DNA from: an uncultured Acidobacteriota bacterium
GTDB taxonomy: Bacteria > Acidobacteriota > UBA6911
Length of the DNA stretch: 64,000 bases
Assembly: GCA_963827655.1 (NCBI GenBank)
Contig: CAWHCF010000023.1
Location: 64,001 to 128,000, forward strand
Direction of reading: 5' to 3'
This document shows positions 30,628 to 40,027 of this stretch, piece after piece. The notes under the pieces were generated by a model that ran no database searches, had not been told where the DNA came from, and saw nothing but the letters and a program-made list of their open reading frames with translations. The position numbers were made by a program, and so were the translations under genes. How positions within the stretch are numbered: the stretch's first letter is position 1; each line of letters begins with the position of its first letter.

Positions 30628-30690
30628 GAGAAGTCAGAAATCAGAAGTCAGAATTAAGAAGTCGGTGCCGATGCTGACTTCTGAATTCTT
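30628..30690. repeat. Heptamer (AGAAGTC-type) array with inverted partner
   Basis: AGAAGTCAGAAATCAGAAGTCAGAATTAAGAAGTC ... CTGACTTCTGAATTCT. Confidence 0.7.
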
Positions 30691-30750
30691 GCTTGGAGCT
30701 CGCCTGGACTCACAACCGGCTGCAGCCGTCCGAAGTTTCAGCCGCGAAGA

Positions 30751-31188
30751 TCAGGGTATCAGATGCAGCCCGACAAGACGGGCGATCTCTCGGAGCCGCG
30801 CGTCGGTTGCCACGAGTTCCGTAATCTTGCTCGACAACGCCGTAGAGATGTGAATCACATCCAGGCTTCGCATCAAGACCGGCTGCGATAAGCGATACTC
30901 TCTCCTCACGAGCTTTTCGGCTTCGGCTTCAACATCCTGACTGTAGGGAATTGTCAGAATCCTGCCGGCCTTCACGTCAGACTTGAACTTCTGGTATATC
31001 GGCTTCGCTCCGCCCGGTTTCAGTGCGCGAGCCTGCTCCTTCCGATACAGCACACAGAGCACCTCTGTGGCCACTATTGCCGACGAGACGATGGGTTCGT
31101 CCGTGTTGCCGAGCAGTTGCAGGAAATAAGGAGAGTCGACTTCAGCGACGTAGAGCTTGACGAGGGCGGAGGTGTCCCAGTAGCTCAT
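30751..31188 (-). CDS. vapC: PIN-domain VapC toxin
   Basis: YWDTSALVKLY, RSLDVIHISTA, ATDARL. Confidence 0.9.
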   Translation of the reverse strand: MSYWDTSALVKLYVAEVDSPYFLQLLGNTDEPIVSSAIVATEVLCVLYRKEQARALKPGGAKPIYQKFKSDVKAGRILTIPYSQDVEAEAEKLVRREYRLSQPVLMRSLDVIHISTALSSKITELVATDARLREIARLVGLHLIP

Positions 31189-31191
31189 GTC

Positions 31192-31446
31192 TCACCTGCG
31201 GTCTTCGCGGTTTTCAGACAGGATCTCGTCGACCGTCGGATGAACCGCACGGCGGCCGTAAGATTTATGAAGTCTACGCAATTCTTGCACCCAGAGCGTC
31301 CTGTTTGAAGCCCGCGTGGGGGCCGTCGCACGGGTCAATCTGGCTTTGATCTTTCCCCGCACGCTGATCAACACGTCCTGGCCGTGGCCGGCCAGGTCCA
31401 CCAGTTCGGAGAGCTTGGCTTTACTTTCCCTCAACGTCTTGATCAT
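31192..31446 (-). CDS. Phd/YefM-family antitoxin
   Basis: TLRESKAKLSELVD...VLISVRGK; immediately upstream of vapC; TGACcattgtaGTCA palindrome over the -10. Confidence 0.88.
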   Translation of the reverse strand: MIKTLRESKAKLSELVDLAGHGQDVLISVRGKIKARLTRATAPTRASNRTLWVQELRRLHKSYGRRAVHPTVDEILSENREDRR

Positions 31447-31719
31447 GTGACCATTGTAGTCATCTCGTCCGATCAGGTCAATTGAGTCCGTCATCTCCCC
31501 GGCTCGCCTGGTTGGCAGCCTAACCGCGAAAACACGAAGAAAGCACTAAGAGCACTTCGGTTGCGGCCGCAGACTACGTTGTGAAACAAGGTACAAAGTC
31601 AACCTGAAGGGCGGCGTTATTACCTGCCATACCAAATCAGGTTTTGGCTAAGTACAACCATGTCTGCTAAGATAGGTGGCCTGTTCGCGCGCCGGGAGCC
31701 GGTAGACGAAAGGTAGCTT

Positions 31720-32688
31720 ATGGAAAAAATGGCAGTAACCGGCGGTGCCGGCTTTATCGGGTCCAACCTGGCCGAAGAGCTTGTCTCCCGCGGATGCCAG
31801 GTCGTCCTGGTAGACAATTTCTCCACGGGAAGAGAAGAAAACCTCTCCGGATGGGTCGCAAAGGCGGGAGATCGAATTCAAGTCCTGCGATCCGATATCA
31901 ATGATACCGACAAGTTGCGCGAAGCCTTCCGCGGCGTGCGGTACGTTTTCCATCAGGCCGCAATCCCTTCGGTCCCTCGTTCCATTTCCGACCCCCAGGC
32001 TACGCAGTTCGCGAATCTCAACGGCACGCTGTCAGTGCTCGTCGCCGCGCGTGACTCCGGAGTAAAACGGGTCGTCGTGGCATCTTCATCTTCGATTTAC
32101 GGCGATGACCCGACGCTTCCCAAGGTGGAGACTCGCGTCGGCCGGCCGCTCTCGCCCTATGCGCTGACTAAACTGGTTTGCGAGGAATACTGCGGTCTCT
32201 TCTACCGGATTTACGGTCTGGAAACATCCTGTCTTCGTTACTTCAATGTGTTCGGGCCCCGTCAGGACCCTGAATCGCAATATGCCGCAGTCATTCCTCG
32301 CTTCGCAACACGCCTGCTGGCGGGCAAGTCTCCGATCGTTTACGGCGACGGCGAGCAGACGCGGGATTTCACCTTTATCAGCAACGTCATTGACGCAAAC
32401 TGGCTTGCCGCGACATCTCCCTCCGCCGCTGGAGAAGTGTTCAACATAGGCTGTGGCACTCGGACAAGCTTGAATCAGCTCATAGGCGAGCTGAATCAGA
32501 TCCTTGGGACTTCGATCGAATCGATCCACGAACCGGCTCGAACCGGCGACGTCCGGCATTCTGTGGCCGACGTCAGCAAGGCAAAGCAGTTGCTCGACTA
32601 CGCTCCCAGAGTCTCGTTCCGAGATGGCCTTCAGCGGGTTTTGGATTGGTATCGTCTTCACAGGGAGGCCGCAAATGGCGCTGCGTGA
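31720..32688 (+). CDS. UDP-Glc(NAc) 4-epimerase, extended SDR (WbpP-like)
   Basis: GGAGFIGS, SSSSIYG, YALTK, LRYFNVFGPRQD. Confidence 0.92.
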   Translation: MEKMAVTGGAGFIGSNLAEELVSRGCQVVLVDNFSTGREENLSGWVAKAGDRIQVLRSDINDTDKLREAFRGVRYVFHQAAIPSVPRSISDPQATQFANLNGTLSVLVAARDSGVKRVVVASSSSIYGDDPTLPKVETRVGRPLSPYALTKLVCEEYCGLFYRIYGLETSCLRYFNVFGPRQDPESQYAAVIPRFATRLLAGKSPIVYGDGEQTRDFTFISNVIDANWLAATSPSAAGEVFNIGCGTRTSLNQLIGELNQILGTSIESIHEPARTGDVRHSVADVSKAKQLLDYAPRVSFRDGLQRVLDWYRLHREAANGAA

Positions 32689-33968
32689 AAAAATCCTTGA
32701 TCGATCAGCCAGGATTGGGGTGATCGGGCTCGGATATGTCGGACTACCGCTCGCAGTGGAATTTGCCAGAGCAGGGTATGCCACCGTCGGAATCGATGTA
32801 GACCAGCAGCGAGTGGATAAAATTTCGGCAGGTGAGTCGTATATTCAGGACGTTCCTGCCTCTGTGGTCTCTGACCTGGTTTCGAGCCGGCAGGCTGAAG
32901 GCGACGACTGACTACAAGGTCCTGAAGAACCTCGACGCGGTGAGCATTTGCGTTCCAACACCGTTGAGAAAGACCCGCGATCCCGATATCCAATACATCG
33001 CGGATGCCACGGCCAAGATTCGCGAATGCCTGCACCCCGAGATGCTGGTCACGTTGGAGAGCACAACTTATCCCGGGACCACCGACGAAATTCTCCTGTC
33101 CGAGTTCCGCGACGCCGGCTTCGAGGTGGGTCGGGACTTCTATCTGGCATTTTCTCCCGAGCGCATCGATCCGGGGAATTCTCACTGGAACACCCACAAT
33201 ACGCCGAAAATCATCGGCGGCGTCACACCGGAGTGCACCAGCCTGGCGAAGCTTTTGTACGAACAGGTGGTGGAGCGAGTGATTCCGGTTACGTCCACCA
33301 AGAGCGCCGAAATGGTGAAGCTGCTCGAGAATACTTTCCGCGCGGTAAATATCGGGCTGGTCAATGAAATCGCCATTATGTGCGATAAGCTGGGAATAAA
33401 TGTGTGGGAAGTTATCGAGGCTGCTGCCACAAAGCCGTTCGGCTTCATGCCCTTTTACCCCGGCCCGGGTCTGGGAGGACACTGCATTCCGATCGATCCT
33501 CTATATCTGTCGTGGAAGCTCAAGCTGCTCAACTACACTGCCAGGTTCATCGAGCTTGCCAGTGAAGTCAACACCAGCATGCCGGAATACGTGACCGCAA
33601 AGGTGGCCCGGGCGCTGAATAGCGCCCGGAAGCCGGTCAACGGCTCCAAGGTTCTAGTCCTTGGAGTAGCCTACAAGAAAGACATCTCCGATATTCGCGA
33701 ATCTCCCGCTTTGGACGTGATTCGCCTGCTTCAACAGGAAGGAGCCGAGGTGGCTTACTCGGATCCGTACGCGCCGGAGCTCCGGATGGATCACGTCAGT
33801 CTTTACTCCCGGGAGCTCACACCGGAAACCATACGCGGTTATGATTGCGTTGTCGTGGTCACGGATCACACCGTGGTTGATTTCGACATGATCGCCAGAG
33901 AGGCGGTGCTCGTGGTTGACTGCCGGAACGCAATCCGAAGCAAAGCGTCCAACGTGATAAAACTCTGA
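32675..33968 (+). CDS. UDP-N-acetylhexosamine 6-dehydrogenase (WbpA/TviB-like), frameshift ~32885
   Basis: GLGYVGLP, CVPTP, ESTTYPGTT, KLLENTFR, GGHCIPIDP. Confidence 0.92.
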
Positions 33969-33975
33969 TTTCGCC

Positions 33976-34048
33976 TGGCGATTGCCGATTGGCGATGAAC
34001 CTCCTCGGGACTCCAATCGTCAATCGTCAATCGTCAATCGTCAATTGC
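33976..34048. repeat. Palindromic heptamer element 1
   Basis: TGGCGATTGCCGATTGGCGAT, spacer, (CAATCGT)4 at 34014-34041. Confidence 0.9.
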
Positions 34049-34049
34049 A

Positions 34050-35159
34050 ATGCCGGCTTCCTTTTTCTTCATCGACACCGAGCGGGTTTGGAGAGGCGGG
34101 CAGGACCAGCTCTTCACGCTGGTGCGCGGATTGGTGCAACGCGGAAACAGAGTCCATCTGGTGTGCTTCCCGGGGACTCTCCTGGAAACTCGGGCTCACG
34201 AGCTCGACATAGGCGTGGATACGCTGGCCATTCGATGGGAATTCAACCCGGTTTCATTCTTGCGGCTGACAACGCTCATGCGCCGCTTCCGGCCTGACAT
34301 TGTCGCGTTTAACACGCCGCGCGCAATTTTAATGGGAAATCTGGCCTCCAGGTTGACGGGAGCGCGTGCTCGAATAATATTTCGACGAGTCAACTTCCCG
34401 CTGAGAAAGAATCCGATCACTCGCCTCAAGTACAATTGGGGAATCCACCGCATCGTGGCCATCTCCGAAAGCATACGCCGCCAGCTGGAATCAAGCGGGA
34501 TACCCTCATCAAAGATTCAAACCATCTACGAGGGCATGGATCTTTCGCGCTATCCCGAACGGGACTTTCGCGACCCGCGCAGCCTGGGTGAGCCCGTGGT
34601 GGTCGGAACCGTGACGCACCTGAGCGAGGAGAAGGGACTGAAGTATCTGGTCGAAGCCGCTGCCACAATTCCCGATGTCCAGTCGCGGTACCGCTTTGTC
34701 ATTGTAGGAGATGGCGATTGCCGCAGCGCTCTCGAGCTGCGGGTCCGCGAACTTGGTCTCCAGGAATGTTTTCTCTTTGCCGGTTTTCAGAATCGCCCCG
34801 CCCAATACTTCAGAACTTTTGATGTGTTTGTCCTTCCCAGTCTGTCCGAAGGGCTGTCATCGGCCATTCTTTATGCCATGGCAAACTCACTTCCGGTAAT
34901 TGCATCGAATATCGGAGGAATACCTGAACTGGTCCGACCGGGAGAGAATGGCCTGTTAATTCCGCCCGCCGATCCGGATTCGCTGGCTTCCGCGATCCAG
35001 CATCTGGCCGATGATCCCCAGCAAGCCTTCCAGATGGGACAGGAAGGAAGGCGCCGCATAGCAGAGCGATTCACCCTGGAACGTAAGATTCTGGAAACCG
35101 AGGAGCTTTGCTTGTCTCTCTTGGGACAATCGGCGCCTCTGTCTCCCGCCCATGCCTAA
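34050..35159 (+). CDS. GT4 glycosyltransferase
   Basis: WRGGQ, FVLPSLSEGLSSAILYAMA. Confidence 0.92.
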   Translation: MPASFFFIDTERVWRGGQDQLFTLVRGLVQRGNRVHLVCFPGTLLETRAHELDIGVDTLAIRWEFNPVSFLRLTTLMRRFRPDIVAFNTPRAILMGNLASRLTGARARIIFRRVNFPLRKNPITRLKYNWGIHRIVAISESIRRQLESSGIPSSKIQTIYEGMDLSRYPERDFRDPRSLGEPVVVGTVTHLSEEKGLKYLVEAAATIPDVQSRYRFVIVGDGDCRSALELRVRELGLQECFLFAGFQNRPAQYFRTFDVFVLPSLSEGLSSAILYAMANSLPVIASNIGGIPELVRPGENGLLIPPADPDSLASAIQHLADDPQQAFQMGQEGRRRIAERFTLERKILETEELCLSLLGQSAPLSPAHA

Positions 35160-36408
35160 AGTCCTGAGCAGCTACCTGCCGGCCTCGCTAGTAGATGAGG
35201 GACCGTCGCGCGCTGTTTTTCTCGTCCTTGCCCTTTCCATAGCGATGGTGCTGGTCTCTATTGCCGTTTCACAGCTACTGCTCGCCACGGCGCTTCTGGG
35301 CCGTTTCTGGCAATCTCGACGGGAAGGTTGGCCCGGAATGGAGGCCATCGCCACGCATCCCGCGCGACCGGGCTATTACCTCGGGATGCCACCGATCGCG
35401 TGGCCTCTGCTTTTCTTCTTTCTATGGACGATTCTGTCCGCCCTGGTCTCTCATGATCCCCTGAGGGGGCTTACGATCAGCAAGAAATTCTTTATCTTTC
35501 TTCTCGTCTTTCTGGTGCCGCTCGTCCTTAAGGGAAGGGGGAAGACAGCCTGGATCTATCACGCGGTGTTCCTGGTGGCCGGACTCTCGTCCGCCCTGGG
35601 GCTGGGGCAATTCATGGCCAATCCTGACCGAAGCTTCTTGGATCGAATCTCCGGGTTCATGGGTCAATGGATGACCTATTCGGGGTTGCAGATGCTGGTG
35701 CTTGTCATGTTGTGCGCTTACGCAAGCTACTTCTCCTGGCGGCGGCGATGGTGGATCCTGCCGCTCTTAGTCCTGCTCGCGGGCTCGCTCTACCTCACTT
35801 TTACCAGAAACGCCTGGCTGGGCGCGGTGGCCGGAATTGCGGCCGTCCTATGCTTGACGCGCCCTCGCGCCATCGGAGCGTTCGCGCTCTTGCTGCTCGC
35901 CCTCTTTATTGTCGCGCCTGAGAGCGCGTACCAACGCTTGCGCGCGGGCCTCGATTCTTCTGATGCCACAACCCGCGGGCGCATCGAGTTAGTCCAGACC
36001 TCTCTGCGCCTGATCCGCGATAATCCATGGTTCGGCGTCGGTCCGAAGAGCGTCAACACCGAAGCGTTGCGGTACCGGGGCAGTCAGGAGTTTCCAGACT
36101 GGATGTACCAGCACATGCACAACAATTTCCTGCAGATCGCCGCAGAACGTGGCATACCCGGCCTGCTGCTATGGATCTGGTTCATGATCCAGCTTGTGCG
36201 AGACCCGATTCAGGTTTTTCGTAGGCGCGCGTCGACAGACCGCGAATCCTTTGCCATCGTCGCCTCCGTCGCAGCCATGGGGTCCTGGCTGGCCTTAATG
36301 GTAGCGGGAATGTTTGAATACAATTTCGGCGACTCCGAGGTCTTGACTCTGTTCCTCTTTATCATGAGCGCTCCCAATGCGCCTCAATTGACAAGTGAAA
36401 ATGCGTGA
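35152..36408 (+). CDS. O-antigen ligase (WaaL/Wzy_C) family protein
   Basis: Multiple TM helices; TFTRNAWLG, PWFGVG, HMHNNFLQIAAERG. Confidence 0.9.
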   Translation: MPKVLSSYLPASLVDEGPSRAVFLVLALSIAMVLVSIAVSQLLLATALLGRFWQSRREGWPGMEAIATHPARPGYYLGMPPIAWPLLFFFLWTILSALVSHDPLRGLTISKKFFIFLLVFLVPLVLKGRGKTAWIYHAVFLVAGLSSALGLGQFMANPDRSFLDRISGFMGQWMTYSGLQMLVLVMLCAYASYFSWRRRWWILPLLVLLAGSLYLTFTRNAWLGAVAGIAAVLCLTRPRAIGAFALLLLALFIVAPESAYQRLRAGLDSSDATTRGRIELVQTSLRLIRDNPWFGVGPKSVNTEALRYRGSQEFPDWMYQHMHNNFLQIAAERGIPGLLLWIWFMIQLVRDPIQVFRRRASTDRESFAIVASVAAMGSWLALMVAGMFEYNFGDSEVLTLFLFIMSAPNAPQLTSENA

Positions 36409-36469
36409 CAGGGTATGTCTTAGTGTTTCTTCGTGTCTTTGCGGTTAGCGCGCACTCCAAGAGAAATCG

Positions 36470-37573
36470 TTGAAAATCGCTATTCTCGGAACTCGGGGAA
36501 TTCCCGCGAACTACGGCGGCTTTGAAAGGTTTGCCGAGGAATGCGCCGCGGGCCTGGTGGAGCGCGGGCACGAGGTGACTGTGTACGCGCGCTCCCATTA
36601 TATTCCCCGATCGCTGCGCAGCTACCGCAACGTGCGGGTGGTGGTGCTTCCGACACTGCGCTGGAAGTACACCGACACGGTCGTTCATACCTTCTTCTCC
36701 GTTCTCCACGCAGTTCCGGAGAGGTACGACGCCATTATCATTTGCAATGCCGCCAACGCCATCTATGCCACCCTGCCCAGGCTATTCGGCGTCCCGGTAG
36801 CGATCAACGTAGACGGTATTGAACGTAAGCGAAAAAAGTGGGGATGGATAGGACGCAGTTACTATTCGGTTTCGGAACGCCTCTCGACCTGGATCCCCAG
36901 CGCCATTATCACCGATGCCCGCGTGATCGAGCGCTACTACCGCGAACGATATGGCGCCCGGTCTGTCTTCATTCCATACGGCGCCATCACGGAAAAAATC
37001 GCGACCCGTGAGACGCTCGCAAGGCTTGGATTAAGCGCGGGCGAGTACTTCCTTTACGTGAGCCGGCTCGAGCCGGAGAACAACGCCCATCGCGTGGTGG
37101 CCGCATTTGAACAAGTCCGCACCGACAAGCGTCTGGTCCTGGTCGGCGATGCGCCCTATTCGAGACTCTACATCGAACGATTGAAGGAGACTCGCGACTC
37201 CAGGATTCTTTTCCCCGGCGCTATTCATGGCGCGGGATACTGGGAACTGCAGGCCAATGCCTTCTGCTACATCCATGCTAAAGAAGTGGGAGGAACCCAC
37301 CCGGCCCTGATCGAGGCCATGGGCCAGGGCAACCTCGTGGTCGCCAATATTACTCCAGAAAATCTGGAAATCCTGGGCGGCGCCGGTCTGATGTATCGAA
37401 TGGAGGACCGCGAGGACCTGGCGCGCTCCCTGCAGGATGTCAGCGATAATCCGGAAAAATACGCGCCTTTGAAAGAAGCCGCTGTGGAGCGCGTCCGGCA
37501 AAGCGTACTCGTGGGACAGCGTCGTCACCCAGTACGAGCAACTCCTGGCGAGCCTGGTTTCAGGGGAGCGTAA
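36470..37573 (+). CDS. GT4 glycosyltransferase (DUF1972 type), probable C-terminal frameshift ~37500
   Basis: GTRGIPANYGGFE, RLEPENN, EVGGTHPALIEAM; AYSWDSVVTQYE lies in a shifted frame. Confidence 0.88.
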   Translation: MKIAILGTRGIPANYGGFERFAEECAAGLVERGHEVTVYARSHYIPRSLRSYRNVRVVVLPTLRWKYTDTVVHTFFSVLHAVPERYDAIIICNAANAIYATLPRLFGVPVAINVDGIERKRKKWGWIGRSYYSVSERLSTWIPSAIITDARVIERYYRERYGARSVFIPYGAITEKIATRETLARLGLSAGEYFLYVSRLEPENNAHRVVAAFEQVRTDKRLVLVGDAPYSRLYIERLKETRDSRILFPGAIHGAGYWELQANAFCYIHAKEVGGTHPALIEAMGQGNLVVANITPENLEILGGAGLMYRMEDREDLARSLQDVSDNPEKYAPLKEAAVERVRQSVLVGQRRHPVRATPGEPGFRGA

Positions 37574-37752
37574 GTCCGAAATAAGTCCATTCTCTGCGCG
37601 CTGCTCGAGACGTCTACGCGTACGTGGGAGCAGCGAGCCTGCGGAAGACGCTCGAAGAAACCACATAAGACTCGAAGAAGCTCGCCATCAAGAATTGAAA
37701 GTCCGCGGCCCCTGCGATTGCTATAATAGGGCGTTTCGTGGGAGGTTCAAAC

Positions 37753-38595
37753 GTGACGGCGGGCGCGAGAATCCATCCGGCTCAGGCGCCATGGATCATT
37801 TTTTCCAGCTTCCTGCGCAAGCTTTACCTTCAGCGGGGATTGATTCGAAGCTTTGTAGTCAGAGATCTGAAGGCTCGCTATATCGGTTCCTTCATGGGTA
37901 TCTTCTGGAGCGTGATCCAGCCGGTTGTTCTACTCGTCAGCTACACCTTCGTTTTCTCGGTGATTTTTGGGCTCCGGCCGCAGCCGGACAGCGGCACGAC
38001 CAGCTTTCCCCTTTTTCTCTTCTGCAGCATTCTGCCCTGGCTTTTCTTTCAAGACACGTTGATGCGCTCCAGCACCACGGTCATTGACAATGCCAACCTG
38101 GTGACCCGGACGCTGTTCCCCACCGAAATCCTCCCCCTTACCGTCGTGCTGGCGGGCGTCGTGAACCACCTGATCGGGTTCGTGATTTTGCTCTCAATCC
38201 TTTTGATCACTGCCGGCAAGCTTGGTCTCCCTATGCTCCTGGTGCCAGTCTATTTCGCCTGCTTGCTGCTTTTCACCCAGGGATTGGCCTGGCTGGTTTC
38301 GAGCCTGAACGTTTTCATAAGAGATACTTCCCAGGTACTGGGCGTCATTCTGACCTTCTGGTTTTGGTTTACTCCGATTTTCTTTTCAGCGGATCGTTTT
38401 CCTCAAAGTCTCAAGTTTCTGGTCTACTGGAATCCGCTCGCCCACGTTGTCACCGGCTACCGCGACTGCCTTCTGCGAGTGCGCCTGCCTGATTTCCAGG
38501 CGCTGGGATTTCTGGTCATTGTTTCACTGGCCGTTTTCATCGCGGGTGGCGTGTTCTTTCGTCAAACCAAGCGTGAATTCGTGGACGTCCTTTAA
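37753..38595 (+). CDS. wzm: Polysaccharide ABC exporter permease
   Basis: RDLKARYIGS, WFWFTPIFF, KREFVDVL; GGAGG SD 7 nt before GTG. Confidence 0.9.
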   Translation: MTAGARIHPAQAPWIIFSSFLRKLYLQRGLIRSFVVRDLKARYIGSFMGIFWSVIQPVVLLVSYTFVFSVIFGLRPQPDSGTTSFPLFLFCSILPWLFFQDTLMRSSTTVIDNANLVTRTLFPTEILPLTVVLAGVVNHLIGFVILLSILLITAGKLGLPMLLVPVYFACLLLFTQGLAWLVSSLNVFIRDTSQVLGVILTFWFWFTPIFFSADRFPQSLKFLVYWNPLAHVVTGYRDCLLRVRLPDFQALGFLVIVSLAVFIAGGVFFRQTKREFVDVL

Positions 38596-39920
38596 TGCCG
38601 GCCGTCGAAGTCCGAAATCTTTCAAAGAAGTACCAGATCTATGGCCGTCCATGGGAAAAGTTGCGCGAGATACTCGCTTTGGGGCCAAGGACCATACGGC
38701 AAGAGTTCTGGGCGCTGCAGGATGTTTCCTTCGCCATCAACAGCGGCGAAACCCTGGGAATCATTGGGGAAAACGGATCGGGCAAGAGCACTCTCTTGCA
38801 AATCGTGGCCGGAATCATGCGCCAGACACGCGGCGATTGCTTTGTGCAGGGTAAAGTTGCCGCTCTTCTGGAACTCGGTTCCGGTTTCAACCCGGAATTT
38901 ACCGGCCGCGAAAACGTTTTCATGAACGGGGCCATCCTGGGATTCGATACCAGCAAGATGGAAGAGCGTTTCGACGCCATTGCGCGCTTCGCCGAGATCG
39001 GCAGTTTCATGGACCAGCCTGTGAAGACCTACTCAAGCGGAATGTTCATGCGGCTTGCCTTCGCCGTAGCGATCAACGTTGATCCTGACGTGCTCCTTAT
39101 CGACGAGGCGCTTGCGGTCGGCGATTTGATTTTCCAGCACCGCTGCATGCACCGCATGAATCAGCTGCGAGATCAAGGGAAGACGATCCTGCTTGTGACC
39201 CATGATCTGGCAGCCGTGACCAAATTTTGCGACCGGGCGATCCTGCTCGACAAAGGACAGTTGCTCGAAGACGGCAAACCCGATCTCGTCGTTCAAAAAT
39301 ATCGTGCCCTGGTTTTCGAGCGCGAGCGGCGCTACGGCAGTCCTGATGGCAGCGAGCCGGCCGATTTGTCCGTCCAGGCGACGATCGAAAAAGGAGAGAT
39401 TCCCGTCGTCCGTTCCATCCCGAACATGGACCATCGTTTTGGCAACGGCGAGGCCGTCGTCCTCGGTGTCGACCTGCTTGATGAAGAGGGGAAGCCGACA
39501 CGCGAAGTCTTCGGAGGTCAAAAAGTCGTGGTGCGGGTCTCGGCACGGTTCACCCGGGACATCAACCGGCCGATCATAGGCTACACGCTGCGGGACCGGA
39601 TGGGTGTCGAGATAGCCGCCTGCAACACATCGTATGCCGGCCAGATCCTGCCTCCCGCGCGCGGCGGGCAGATCTTCACCAGCGACTTCAGTATAGTCGT
39701 GCCGCACATGGCCGCTGGAAGCTATTCCATCTCACCGGCGGTGGCCAAAGGAAACGTACTGAAGCACGACATGTGCGATTGGGTCGACAATGCCATCATT
39801 TTCAGCTTGAAGTCCGAGTATCTCGTCTATGGGATGCTAAAAATGGATGTTGATGTCCAAACCTATTCAATTGACGATTTACGATTGACGATTGACGATT
39901 TATCAAACCCGACGGATTGA
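38595..39920 (+). CDS. wzt: Polysaccharide ABC exporter ATPase with C-terminal carbohydrate-binding domain
   Basis: GENGSGKST, YSSGM, DEALAVGD; C-terminal extension from RFGNGEA. Confidence 0.92.
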   Translation: MPAVEVRNLSKKYQIYGRPWEKLREILALGPRTIRQEFWALQDVSFAINSGETLGIIGENGSGKSTLLQIVAGIMRQTRGDCFVQGKVAALLELGSGFNPEFTGRENVFMNGAILGFDTSKMEERFDAIARFAEIGSFMDQPVKTYSSGMFMRLAFAVAINVDPDVLLIDEALAVGDLIFQHRCMHRMNQLRDQGKTILLVTHDLAAVTKFCDRAILLDKGQLLEDGKPDLVVQKYRALVFERERRYGSPDGSEPADLSVQATIEKGEIPVVRSIPNMDHRFGNGEAVVLGVDLLDEEGKPTREVFGGQKVVVRVSARFTRDINRPIIGYTLRDRMGVEIAACNTSYAGQILPPARGGQIFTSDFSIVVPHMAAGSYSISPAVAKGNVLKHDMCDWVDNAIIFSLKSEYLVYGMLKMDVDVQTYSIDDLRLTIDDLSNPTD

Positions 39921-40023
39921 GCGATGACGGTTCATCTAACCCGGCGCGCATCAGTCTTTCAATCGTCAATCGTCAATCGTCAATCGTCACAATCGTCAAT
40001 CGTCAATCGTAAATCGTAAATCG
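39870..40023. repeat. Palindromic heptamer element 2
   Basis: (ATTGACG)n 39870-39900, ~59-nt spacer, (CAATCGT)n 39960-40023. Confidence 0.92.
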
Positions 40024-40027
40024 AAGG

